Virus record (IMG/VR): IMGVR_UViG_3300021142_000002
Location: 62,001 to 126,000 of that record
DNA: 64,000 nucleotides
Strand: one strand, 5' to 3'
Positions 19,352 to 28,686 of this stretch are shown in pieces. The position numbers were made by a program, and so were the translations under genes. How positions within the stretch are numbered: the first letter of the stretch is position 1; every line of letters begins with the position of its first letter. The notes under the pieces were generated by a model. That model searched no databases. It was not told the origin of the DNA and saw only the letters and a program-made list of their open reading frames with translations.

Positions 19352-20074
19352 ATGAATTTAGACTCAGACAATCAATCTTTAGAAGAAAATCCTTGGACAG
19401 ATGCCAGTATCGTTAATTTACCCCCTTCAGATATGGTAGCTACATTAGAAGAACTAAAAAAAGTATCTAACTATATTGAAGATAAAGTAGCGATGCCTCA
19501 AGATGGTGGTGAGATTACTGAAGAGCAAATGGCCATTATCATTGCTAATAGCAATCTAGTATCCATTGAGCCCGTTACTGAAGAACAAGCATCTTCTTTA
19601 AAAAAGGATGTTGCTAAAAGAAAAGCTAGAAAAAAAGAAAGGGAAAAAGAGATAGAGTTAGAAAATATTGAAAAAGCATTGGAGGAAACTAATGTTAATT
19701 GGTCCGAAGCACATGAACTCTATGGACTGCTATTTAGTGGATTAGCTGAATATTCTAATATTGGATTAGCTGCACAAACAGTTATGTCATTGTTAGATGC
19801 TGAAAAACAAAAATTAATGACTTCTACTTTAACTAGCTTCTATAGAGATATTACTGCTTTTTCAAACAAACTAACAGCTATCTTTAGAAGAATTAAACCC
19901 CATAATCAAAAAACAACGACTGATGATCTAATGGAGTTTTATTCCATCTATGAAGATTTAGATGCTTTAAGAGTAGACTTTACCACTACATTAACTGAAC
20001 CATCTATTACTTTAACAGAAATCGTAGAAACATTAAGAGCTACTACTGCAGTAGTGGAGGAAGCAAATGCATAA
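19352..20074 (+). CDS. Hypothetical coiled-coil protein
   Basis: 240-aa ORF. Confidence 0.65.
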   Translation: MNLDSDNQSLEENPWTDASIVNLPPSDMVATLEELKKVSNYIEDKVAMPQDGGEITEEQMAIIIANSNLVSIEPVTEEQASSLKKDVAKRKARKKEREKEIELENIEKALEETNVNWSEAHELYGLLFSGLAEYSNIGLAAQTVMSLLDAEKQKLMTSTLTSFYRDITAFSNKLTAIFRRIKPHNQKTTTDDLMEFYSIYEDLDALRVDFTTTLTEPSITLTEIVETLRATTAVVEEANA

Positions 20075-21662
20075 TTACACACCTATTGATCCGACTGAAA
20101 TTATTAATGAAGTTAAAGCTTCATTAGAAGAAGAAATTATTGAAGTTAAAAAGCCAGAACATCAATATACTGCCTACACACCCTTTCTTTCTTTTGAAGA
20201 GGAAGATGTAAATCCATTAGATAGTACGCATTATCTTCCTATGGAAATATCTACAGATGAAGATTTAAACACTTGTTTTAAACTCTGTCAAGAAGAAATT
20301 AGAAAAACAAAAGATGATGATAAAAGAAGTGATTTAAGGAATTTAGTCGATGCATTTATTAACGTATCGCTGAACACCCATGGTAGTGACTATCTAACAT
20401 TCTTTAACAAGAATGTGGGTAACTTAGTTCAGTATGTTATTGGGGATAGAAATAGAAAGATCTGTATTAATCATCCAAAGATATCAATCCCTGATGATGT
20501 AGATACTTTAACTGGTAATATGGCCGTTCGGTTTATTGGAACCATTGCTAAAACTGGTAAGCCTACTCATGTTCCGTTATTTTCATCTTGTTTTTGGGTC
20601 AACATAACCCCATTTACTGAATTAGAAATGGCTAATTTAACAATGTCTTTGCAACAGACTAATGTTAACTTAGGTATTAATACTAGAGGTGCAGGTTTAA
20701 CAGGTGAAGATATCCACATTGTAGGAAACATCGTGGAATTTATTTTATCACATGTTGAAGACTGTAGCATTAAAGGTTACGAAAGAATAGATTTGCGAAA
20801 AATAATTAGTGCGAATGATATTAAAGTTTTAATGGCGGCAGCACTATCGGCTATCTATCCATCAGGTTATCCCATTTGGCATGTTTGCACCAATGTTGCT
20901 AAAGGACTTTGTTCCCACAACATCATGCCTCAAAGAAAGGAAAATGGCGACTATAAGCCAGATAGTTTATTAGACTTTACCAAAGTAGTGTGGACTAATA
21001 GGGAACATCTTTCTACCGAACAAATAACCCTACTGGATAGTCCATCTAGATCGGTAACTTATGAAGATGTTGTTAAAGCGCAAAAGGCATTGCAAAAAAG
21101 AATTATTAGTGATAAAAATAAAGTAAAGATAATTGACTTTGGTGACAAATCAATTAGCATTGGCTTTAAAGTACCTTCTTATGCTGAATACTCAATGACC
21201 AGTAATAACTGGGTAAACTCTATTAAGAAAATGGTAGAAGATGCTATTATGCATGATGAAACTGTAACGGCTGAAAATAGAGAAGAAAAAAGAAGTGCAT
21301 TTCTTAATACCTCTATTGCAGTTAGTAACTTAATTAAACATTTATGCTGGGTAGAGTTTATTGCCATTACTTATTCGTCTGGTAGAGAAATTACTATCAG
21401 TGATGATAAAACAATTAAAGCTGTTTTAGAAGATCTAATTAAAGCCAATGGATTTACACCAGCCTTTGAGAGAGCTGCACAAACCTTTAAAGAAATTAGC
21501 TTACTTTCTTATACAGGTGTAAACAACTATGTGTGTCCTCAATGTGGTGGCACTCAAGTCCATGAACACAGTCCTACTCCCAGTTTAATCCCAATTAATG
21601 TGGTGAGCTATTTTTTGTCTACAATGGTGTGGAGAGGGTCGACCCGTCAGGGGATGGAATAG
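20067..21662 (+). CDS. Hypothetical protein with Cys motifs (possible baseplate/hub-associated)
   Basis: 531 aa; HVCTN..LCSH and CPQCGG motifs. Confidence 0.55.
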   Translation: MHNYTPIDPTEIINEVKASLEEEIIEVKKPEHQYTAYTPFLSFEEEDVNPLDSTHYLPMEISTDEDLNTCFKLCQEEIRKTKDDDKRSDLRNLVDAFINVSLNTHGSDYLTFFNKNVGNLVQYVIGDRNRKICINHPKISIPDDVDTLTGNMAVRFIGTIAKTGKPTHVPLFSSCFWVNITPFTELEMANLTMSLQQTNVNLGINTRGAGLTGEDIHIVGNIVEFILSHVEDCSIKGYERIDLRKIISANDIKVLMAAALSAIYPSGYPIWHVCTNVAKGLCSHNIMPQRKENGDYKPDSLLDFTKVVWTNREHLSTEQITLLDSPSRSVTYEDVVKAQKALQKRIISDKNKVKIIDFGDKSISIGFKVPSYAEYSMTSNNWVNSIKKMVEDAIMHDETVTAENREEKRSAFLNTSIAVSNLIKHLCWVEFIAITYSSGREITISDDKTIKAVLEDLIKANGFTPAFERAAQTFKEISLLSYTGVNNYVCPQCGGTQVHEHSPTPSLIPINVVSYFLSTMVWRGSTRQGME

Positions 21663-22045
21663 TTAAAGCACCTAACTTCATAGCAGATTCTGAAGGTATA
21701 ACAGATCCATTGTGGTCATCATTTCTTACAATGGATTCAACTGATAATAGCATTAGTAATCAAATGCTGCTGTTAGAGAAATATGAAAAAGCCTTTGGAA
21801 TACAAACTGACTATGATAGTCCCATTGCCCTATGTACAAAGAAGTCTATTACTGATGTTTTTGAGGATAGTTATTTAGAGGCGGTATACTCTAGATTGCT
21901 CTATGAGAAAGCACCACAGAAGACAGGGATGTCTTTATCAGAACTAATAAACTTACCTAATTATGAATTGCATATCATTCTTAGAATACTAGGTAAGATG
22001 AGAAAGAAAGAAGATAAAATAATTGATAATTTAGATTTGGAGTAA
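21629..22045 (+). CDS. Hypothetical protein
   Basis: 138-aa ORF in the same operon. Confidence 0.55.
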   Translation: MERVDPSGDGIVKAPNFIADSEGITDPLWSSFLTMDSTDNSISNQMLLLEKYEKAFGIQTDYDSPIALCTKKSITDVFEDSYLEAVYSRLLYEKAPQKTGMSLSELINLPNYELHIILRILGKMRKKEDKIIDNLDLE

Positions 22046-22048
22046 ATA

Positions 22049-22618
22049 ATGTTTTCTGATTTATATAACTCAACAAAAGTAAGTAGAGATAATACTTATA
22101 CTGACTTAAAGGTATTAGATCCATTAGACACTGGGTTAGATTGTACACCTAAGTATGCTACCGATGGATCGGGAGCTTGTGATGCAATAGCCTGTATTAA
22201 AGAAGAGATTACTATATTGCCTGGTGAACATGCAATGATTCCATTAGGTTTTGCTTTGCATATTAAAGATCCTAATATTGTCTGTTTATTAACAGGTAGA
22301 TCAGGTATGTTCCATAAACAAAAATTAAGAGCTGGAAACTGTGTAGGTGTTATTGACTCAGACTATCAAGGTGAAGTCAAAGCTTTAATTCAAAATGATG
22401 GTAAGGAAGAACAAGTAATTAAACCAGGTGATCGTATTTGCCAGTTACTATTTATGCCTGTTAAAAGAGCATGGTTTAATGTCGTTGAAGAATTTGAATC
22501 TACTACAGAAAGAGGTGCTGGTGGATTTGGACATACTGGCATGACTGCCATCTTAACTGCACCTAATACAACTATGTTATTCCCAACACAAATAAAAGAA
22601 GCAGAAGGTGTATTTTAA
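22049..22618 (+). CDS. dut: Trimeric dUTPase
   Basis: Motifs GACD, GRSG, GVIDSDYQGE, GDRICQ, RGAGGFGHTG. Confidence 0.95.
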   Translation: MFSDLYNSTKVSRDNTYTDLKVLDPLDTGLDCTPKYATDGSGACDAIACIKEEITILPGEHAMIPLGFALHIKDPNIVCLLTGRSGMFHKQKLRAGNCVGVIDSDYQGEVKALIQNDGKEEQVIKPGDRICQLLFMPVKRAWFNVVEEFESTTERGAGGFGHTGMTAILTAPNTTMLFPTQIKEAEGVF

Positions 22619-23052
22619 TGGCTAAAGTATTTCTAGGTGGTACATGTTCGCACAGTAAATGGAGAGATCTACTCATTGAAAATAAAGCAATGGGCGCTAA
22701 ATTAGAAATAGACTATTTTAATCCTGTCATTGATGATTGGAAACCAGAATGTCAGGCTGAAGAAATTAAGCAAAGAGAAGAATGTGATTACTTTCTCTAT
22801 GTTATTACACCTAGAATGTCTGGCGTATACAGCATTGCTGAGGTAGTAGAAGATAGTATTAAAAGACCTGAAAAAACTATCTTTGCTATTATTAATGCGG
22901 ATACCTTAGATGATGTATCTCAGCAAATTACTCATTTTAGTGATAGTCAATTAAAATCATTAAAAGCGGTGGCTGGTTTGGTTAAAAGAAATGGTGCTAC
23001 AGTATTAAATAGTTTAAAACAAATAAGAGATTATTTAAATAGTAAAGCATAA
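22618..23052 (+). CDS. Nucleoside 2-deoxyribosyltransferase-like protein
   Basis: VFLGGT...WR...YFNP..DDW...YSIAE pattern; coupled to dut. Confidence 0.7.
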   Translation: MAKVFLGGTCSHSKWRDLLIENKAMGAKLEIDYFNPVIDDWKPECQAEEIKQREECDYFLYVITPRMSGVYSIAEVVEDSIKRPEKTIFAIINADTLDDVSQQITHFSDSQLKSLKAVAGLVKRNGATVLNSLKQIRDYLNSKA

Positions 23053-23059
23053 ATATGGT

Positions 23060-23093
23060 ATGCTAAATGGGTAAATATTTACCCATTTAGCAT
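23060..23093. repeat. 34-bp perfect palindrome
   Basis: ATGCTAAATGGGTAAAT|ATTTACCCATTTAGCAT. Confidence 0.85.
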
Positions 23094-23101
23094 TATGACT
23101 A

Positions 23102-23575
23102 ATGATTATTAAAACAGAAATAATAAATACTAAAACTACAGATTTAAATAAATTATTTAATATAGCTAATAATGTTTATACCATTCTTTCTAATTTAAAA
23201 AAAGATTATCCAAATTTTAAACAATGGTATACGATTAATGTATTTAATGGGTTATTGAGTGGTAATAGAACATTAATCATAAATATTGTAAATGACGAAA
23301 TAGCTGCTATATCCATAATTAAAAATGAAGTAGAAAAGAAAATATGTACTATTTACGTATTGTCAAAATATAGAAGATTTGGATTAGGAACTGATTTATT
23401 TATAAATAGCATGGATATATTAAATGAAGATAAGCCTTTGTTTAGTATATCTAGTAAAAAAATAAATGAATTCAGTAGGATTATAAAATATTTTGGTTAT
23501 GAATTTACTGAAGAGTATAGTGGGTTATATATTCCTAATAATAAAGAATTATCATTTAATGGATTAATAAAATAA
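23102..23575 (+). CDS. GNAT-family N-acetyltransferase
   Basis: KKICTIYVLSKYRRFGLGTDLF acetyl-CoA-binding motif A; very AT-rich. Confidence 0.75.
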   Translation: MIIKTEIINTKTTDLNKLFNIANNVYTILSNLKKDYPNFKQWYTINVFNGLLSGNRTLIINIVNDEIAAISIIKNEVEKKICTIYVLSKYRRFGLGTDLFINSMDILNEDKPLFSISSKKINEFSRIIKYFGYEFTEEYSGLYIPNNKELSFNGLIK

Positions 23576-23591
23576 AAAAGAAAGGCATAAT

Positions 23592-23625
23592 GTACCATAC
23601 GGTAGCCTAGGCTACCGTATGGTAC
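23592..23625. repeat. 34-bp perfect palindrome
   Basis: GTACCATACGGTAGCCT|AGGCTACCGTATGGTAC between convergent ORFs. Confidence 0.85.
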
Positions 23626-23629
23626 TATG

Positions 23630-23788
23630 TTAATGTTTTACTATATAAACATACAGTAAAACAACTATCACGTTTATACTCCACATCCAGTCAGGATATG
23701 GCATATTCTTTCTTATGTTACCAATATACCATGGTATATTGGCTAAGAATATTAAACCTAAGATTGGCAAGGCTGTTCCTATTATCAT
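23630..23788 (-). CDS. Small two-helix membrane protein (52 aa, not in ORF track)
   Basis: MIIGTALPILGLIFLANIPWYIGNIRKNMPYPDWMWSINVIVVLLYVYIVKH; GGAG RBS. Confidence 0.65.
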   Translation of the reverse strand: MIIGTALPILGLIFLANIPWYIGNIRKNMPYPDWMWSINVIVVLLYVYIVKH

Positions 23789-23822
23789 TTTATTACTCCA
23801 TTGATTAAAGGATATATCTAAT

Positions 23823-23852
23823 CAATGATGTATATATTCAAGTTATTTGAAT
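23823..23852 (-). promoter_or_regulatory. Early-promoter-like motif
   Basis: ATTCAA-N14-TACATCATTG. Confidence 0.55.
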
Positions 23853-23876
23853 TTATTGAGATTCTTTTATTTTCCC

Positions 23877-24959
23877 CTATGCCTTATTTACCCGTCTTTC
23901 CATTCTAGCACAAAAGCCTCTTATGTCTAAAGTTTGCTGAATCAAAAACTCTGCAATGTCTACTATTCTAGACGGCAATGGGTCACCTTTAGATTCAAGT
24001 ATTTTAATTAACTCTAACGCTAATGGACGACTAAAGCTAACATTAGCAATATTTTTATTCTTCAATACTTTTAATGTATGGCTAATAACGATACTAATTA
24101 ACTCCAATGCATCCTTATCATTATTACCTTCATAGTAACCTTCAAACAATTCAACAATGATATCATTTAACTCTAGCCTAGATAGGAAATTGGTAACACC
24201 TTCTAACTGTGGAAAATAACTAACAAAAACTTGGCAAATAGCTTGACGCCGTTTTTCATTAAGCTCATCAATTTCTTCACAGGTTAAAGCAATAGACTCA
24301 TTGTAATTGGCATCGTTATCATCACCCACCAAACCTGTTGCACAAATAGCTTTTTCTAATTTATTTAATCCATCTATGCTTTTAAAAACTGCTTTATTAA
24401 CAATGCCTTCTACAACATCACCAACTCCATTGTTGATAATGTCATTCATTAAGTCTTTTGAGTTTCCATAATTAATGACTAAAGGATAACTAGATCCTTC
24501 ATAGTTGTTAGCAGTTATATCTTTAAAGAACTTTTCCTTTTCTTTAATTTCTTTCTTAGCTCGTTCTTTTTGTAGTAATTGAGTTAACTCATTCATTTTG
24601 TCTGCTTTAACAAAACGAATTAAGATATGATTTTTACCTCGTTTATTAACTGAGTAAATTTCATATTCATTTAGTAACTTAACAATAGTTGGGTTACTAG
24701 TAAGGTTATTAATACCCTTACCAATAACTCGCATTGCACTTCTTAAATCTAAATCATTGTAATCTACTGAAATACCATTGACTTCTCTTTGAAATCTCAG
24801 TTCATCAATGGTGTCATAAAACGTTACAGGATCGCCTGTAGCGATGAATTCTAAATACCCATGTATTCCATCAGTGATATTAGAATAATAGCTGTGAGCT
24901 AAATCTAAGCCTTCTAATTCCACTAATACATCTTTCAAGTGATTGTTTGTTTCTAACAT
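23877..24959 (-). CDS. Hypothetical protein
   Basis: 360-aa ORF; last gene of a coupled array. Confidence 0.65.
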   Translation of the reverse strand: MLETNNHLKDVLVELEGLDLAHSYYSNITDGIHGYLEFIATGDPVTFYDTIDELRFQREVNGISVDYNDLDLRSAMRVIGKGINNLTSNPTIVKLLNEYEIYSVNKRGKNHILIRFVKADKMNELTQLLQKERAKKEIKEKEKFFKDITANNYEGSSYPLVINYGNSKDLMNDIINNGVGDVVEGIVNKAVFKSIDGLNKLEKAICATGLVGDDNDANYNESIALTCEEIDELNEKRRQAICQVFVSYFPQLEGVTNFLSRLELNDIIVELFEGYYEGNNDKDALELISIVISHTLKVLKNKNIANVSFSRPLALELIKILESKGDPLPSRIVDIAEFLIQQTLDIRGFCARMERRVNKA

Positions 24960-25316
24960 TTAACTTTCCTCTACTGTGTTGTAAGGTGTTTGCCAATCAT
25001 TGTTTTTATACAATGTTAAAATAGTCTGATTACTAATAGCTTTGGCATCGGTTAATATATAGCCGTCTCTATAGAGCCTCTGTAGCATATGTTTAGTATT
25101 CATTAATAAATTAGTAAGATTAGATCTTATCATACCTTCTATTATCAGGTATTGAGTGTCCGCATTAGGATCATCTCTTACTAACTCACTGATGCCTAAC
25201 TCTAATTCAGTTAATGTAAACCAATCATCTATAATAGCCTCTATCATTAACTGCAGGACATTAAACCTGCAGTGTAATAGATGATAATTGAAATTTACAA
25301 GGACATTAATGTTCAT
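24960..25316 (-). CDS. Hypothetical protein (possible paralog array)
   Basis: 118 aa; overlapping start/stop with neighbours. Confidence 0.6.
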   Translation of the reverse strand: MNINVLVNFNYHLLHCRFNVLQLMIEAIIDDWFTLTELELGISELVRDDPNADTQYLIIEGMIRSNLTNLLMNTKHMLQRLYRDGYILTDAKAISNQTILTLYKNNDWQTPYNTVEES

Positions 25317-25687
25317 TTCTTAATATGTTCATTAACTATCCTTGTTCTGCTGAATATAAGGACCGTGTTGCCACGGTAGCACTGAATAGAGTCTAAGGTA
25401 TACCTCCTCTCTAATTTACTCAGAGAATACAATACAGGCCGCATATGAGCTATTAACACTTTTCGTTTAGCTACATAAATTTCATGTAATCTATTTTGCT
25501 CAACCAGTAAGTCATCTTCTCTCTCAAAGAAATCATCAGTGATATCTAATATTTCGTCATAGATAAAATCTTCATCATTTCTAATAATACCTTCCATAAT
25601 GGACATGATAAAGAAAATATCAAACTCAACATCTCTGGTATCAACTGGTATTTGAAACTTGATTATTTGTTGAATGTCAGAATCCAT
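25313..25687 (-). CDS. Hypothetical protein (possible paralog array)
   Basis: 124 aa. Confidence 0.6.
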   Translation of the reverse strand: MDSDIQQIIKFQIPVDTRDVEFDIFFIMSIMEGIIRNDEDFIYDEILDITDDFFEREDDLLVEQNRLHEIYVAKRKVLIAHMRPVLYSLSKLERRYTLDSIQCYRGNTVLIFSRTRIVNEHIKK

Positions 25688-25998
25688 ACACCTCTCCCCT
25701 TAATCGTAACATCTTCCAAGTAGTAATGGAATGTATTAATTTTTGCTTTAATGAAATGTAAGTTACAATGAATCCTATTATAAAACTGTTCTATTATTTC
25801 GTACAGCTCACTTAGCTCTCTATCTCTACCTTTTTCATCAGTAGGATCTAACATTCCCTCAGTCACATCAAAAATAACAGAATCATCATTTTGCAAAAAT
25901 GATATAATGATAGCTTCTATTAGATCATCTGGTATAAGGTCTTTCGTCCAAGAAAAGTCTACTACAAACTGTACATCACCAGTTGTTATTGTGCCCAT
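25663..25998 (-). CDS. Hypothetical protein (possible paralog array)
   Basis: 111 aa. Confidence 0.6.
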   Translation of the reverse strand: MGTITTGDVQFVVDFSWTKDLIPDDLIEAIIISFLQNDDSVIFDVTEGMLDPTDEKGRDRELSELYEIIEQFYNRIHCNLHFIKAKINTFHYYLEDVTIKGRGVWILTFNK

Positions 25999-26362
25999 AT
26001 TTAGGTTGCATCTCCATTATTATACTTGTGCCACGTATTAATACATCGTGCACATAGTGAGTATCTATATACTTCTTAATAAACTTATCTATACCAGCAC
26101 GCATTAGATGGGCTTCCAGTACATTAGCCATCCCACCATAATAGTTTTGCATGGCATAAATAACACTTTTATCATCCATGATATTTTTATTAAATAGTAA
26201 ACTCTCACTGACTAAACAATCAAAAATATAACTATTATTATCAAACTTTAAATGGATAATACCGGCAATCATATACTCAATATCAGAGATTGAATACAGC
26301 ATGTCGGTATGTCCCAACGGAATAATAATTTTAATAGCTGATAGGGGTATGTCCTCGTCCAT
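25976..26362 (-). CDS. Hypothetical protein (possible paralog array)
   Basis: 128 aa. Confidence 0.6.
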   Translation of the reverse strand: MDEDIPLSAIKIIIPLGHTDMLYSISDIEYMIAGIIHLKFDNNSYIFDCLVSESLLFNKNIMDDKSVIYAMQNYYGGMANVLEAHLMRAGIDKFIKKYIDTHYVHDVLIRGTSIIMEMQPKYGHNNNW

Positions 26363-26371
26363 AAATATCCT

Positions 26372-27895
26372 TTAAATTTTATAACTCGTTTTAATACAAT
26401 TGATTATTTTTACCTTAGGGGTAAAAATAGCTACCTTATCTAAATGATAGTCCACATGCTTTTGTATGCTCATACAGACTAGATAACAAAATAATGGATC
26501 TAGATTAGGATATAGGTCACTAATGTCTCTAAGCCTTCCTAGCATTTGAATATTCTTTTCCATCGCATTAATGGCTACAGTCGATATAACAACCACTAAT
26601 CCTTTAATGTCTTTACCAGTACCTGCTTTATTGGGCGTAGAAACTACAATATCATGAGAGTGTAAAACCTCATCTTCATGCTTGCCATTATAAGCTGTGA
26701 TTCTAAAGTCTTTGCAGTTATAATCTCTTTTTATATACTTAGCGAGTCTTTCACTAAAATCAATGCTCGATACATAAATAAGAAGTTTCTGCTTAGGTAA
26801 GTAATTAGTTACGAATAGCTTAACGACTAAATTAGTGATCATATTCATGTAGTTTTCTAATAAGACTTTTTTAGCCATAATAGATTGCTCAAATAAGTTA
26901 TGGCTATAGCCCATAGACCCATTATACTTAATACTCTCTGGATCTATTAGATTATACCCAATAGCTTTAACTGCAATATATTTATGCCAATCTAAACCTT
27001 CATACCTAAGATGCCTAGGGAATATAATCTCATACATTCTGTTAGTAAAGCTATCATTAGACTGAATAGTAGCTGATAGATAGAGTACTTTAGAGATATT
27101 AGTTTCTATCGAATGCCTAAAATTAAAGTGTAAGTTTTCGTGAGCTTCATCAACAACTCTAAAGCCAATGCCTAATACTTTATAAAGATCTTTAGGTAAA
27201 CACCCATAAGTAGACTTTCCAGTTTTCTCATGATCTGTTAAATAATCCCTAATAGTGCCTGTAGTAAAGATTAATATAGAGGCATCTAGATCCCCAGATC
27301 TACCCAAAGATATTGCATTCTTTAATTCTTTTTTACCACGAATAACAACGACTTCTTTTCCCGCATTAGTAAATATCCAGTTAGCATCCTTTAACCATGT
27401 TTCTACATGAGATGCACCCAGCGTTATAGCTGCTCGTTTTTTATTCTTGTAAATAGAGTATAAAGCACAAAAGGTTTTTCCTTTACCTGTTTGTAGTGGT
27501 AATACTCTAGTATCATCTGCCTTATTAATAAAATCAATAATGGGGGGCTGATAGTCTCTAGGCTCTACACCTTCAGCTAAGATTAATTTATTATCTTCAC
27601 CTTTACAAGATCTATGATGAATGGTTTCTATTTCAGATTCAGATACATGAGATTTCTTTAAATGATCTAAAAAAGAAGGCATAAGGTTTTTATGCAATCC
27701 ATAGGTCATTGTCCTAGGGATATAAATGCTATAGCTGAGTTTAAATTTTCTAATGGATCGTTTTGCTCGCCAATCAAATCTAGATTCATAAACATTTAAG
27801 TTCTCAGTGAAACTAGACATAATCTTCTTATCTTGCTGAAAATTTACACTGATGGTAAAACCATGGGTGTAAACATTTAGTTTAAATCGGGTCAT
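26372..27895 (-). CDS. SF2 DExH helicase (UvsW-like, phiKZ gp75-like)
   Basis: Q-motif PRDYQ, Walker A QTGKGKT, DEAH, SAT, GTGKDI, QMLGRLR. Confidence 0.9.
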   Translation of the reverse strand: MTRFKLNVYTHGFTISVNFQQDKKIMSSFTENLNVYESRFDWRAKRSIRKFKLSYSIYIPRTMTYGLHKNLMPSFLDHLKKSHVSESEIETIHHRSCKGEDNKLILAEGVEPRDYQPPIIDFINKADDTRVLPLQTGKGKTFCALYSIYKNKKRAAITLGASHVETWLKDANWIFTNAGKEVVVIRGKKELKNAISLGRSGDLDASILIFTTGTIRDYLTDHEKTGKSTYGCLPKDLYKVLGIGFRVVDEAHENLHFNFRHSIETNISKVLYLSATIQSNDSFTNRMYEIIFPRHLRYEGLDWHKYIAVKAIGYNLIDPESIKYNGSMGYSHNLFEQSIMAKKVLLENYMNMITNLVVKLFVTNYLPKQKLLIYVSSIDFSERLAKYIKRDYNCKDFRITAYNGKHEDEVLHSHDIVVSTPNKAGTGKDIKGLVVVISTVAINAMEKNIQMLGRLRDISDLYPNLDPLFCYLVCMSIQKHVDYHLDKVAIFTPKVKIINCIKTSYKI

Positions 27896-27926
27896 TTCTA
27901 TTCACCTATTAAGTGCTTATCAATAT

Positions 27927-27956
27927 AGATAATATAGGTATAGTGATTAAATGAAT
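27927..27956 (-). promoter_or_regulatory. Early promoter
   Basis: ATTCAT-N14-TATATTATCT upstream of the helicase. Confidence 0.6.
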
Positions 27957-27978
27957 AATCACTATACCTTATTTAAGA

Positions 27979-28620
27979 TTATTTCCAAACAAATAATCTT
28001 AAATCTTTATAGCCGTTGAGTAAAGCCCTGCCATTATAGTCCCAAATTCTATCCGCACCAACAGTATCAATGTAAAAGGCTTCCGGATAACCAGCAGGCG
28101 TACACACTGTACCTAGGGCAATTAAGTAACCTTCGGAATCAGTAATGACACCAGGTCTATGACCTTCTAATATTTCACTGGCTGTAAAGAAATCAAAACT
28201 TACTTGGTTAAGCGTTTTTATCACGTAATCAAAAGAACCGTCATATAGCCCAGCACCTGATTTATCAGCCATCACTGTGCCTGTAGGTATAGCTATGTCT
28301 GATCCAACACCAGAAATAAAGGCTGGCTCTTCAGTAAACATTGTCACACCTTTTTGTTTTTTAGGCGCACTTCTATTAAATGAAGCATTCTCAAGATCTA
28401 CCCTATAATCACCGTGCGGGTATCTTTCCACAAATTCCTTTTGTTTAGCAGCAATAGCTTGTTCAGCTTCTGTATAGACAATTTCTACCTTTTCTAGTAC
28501 TTCTTCCACTGTTTTATTAATCTGTTTAATCCCTTCATGAAACCTGCATGGTATTTGTTTTTCTTCGAATACATTAATTACTTTTTCCATTGCATTGTCA
28601 AACATTTCTTTAATACACAT
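27979..28620 (-). CDS. Hypothetical protein (start revised to 28620)
   Basis: The ORF-track start at 28671 lies inside a palindrome; the ATG at 28620 has a GGAG RBS. Confidence 0.6.
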   Translation of the reverse strand: MCIKEMFDNAMEKVINVFEEKQIPCRFHEGIKQINKTVEEVLEKVEIVYTEAEQAIAAKQKEFVERYPHGDYRVDLENASFNRSAPKKQKGVTMFTEEPAFISGVGSDIAIPTGTVMADKSGAGLYDGSFDYVIKTLNQVSFDFFTASEILEGHRPGVITDSEGYLIALGTVCTPAGYPEAFYIDTVGADRIWDYNGRALLNGYKDLRLFVWK

Positions 28621-28649
28621 ACTCTCAATCTCCTGATTACATTTAAAAA

Positions 28650-28679
28650 TATAGACTATGGGATATCCCATAGTCTATA
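28650..28679. repeat. 30-bp perfect palindrome
   Basis: TATAGACTATGGGAT|ATCCCATAGTCTATA after the beta' stop. Confidence 0.85.
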
Positions 28680-28686
28680 GTATTGG

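Noticed and set aside
28621-28671. ORF-track start of the 230-aa ORF
   Set aside because: It lies within a palindrome; the downstream ATG at 28620 has the RBS
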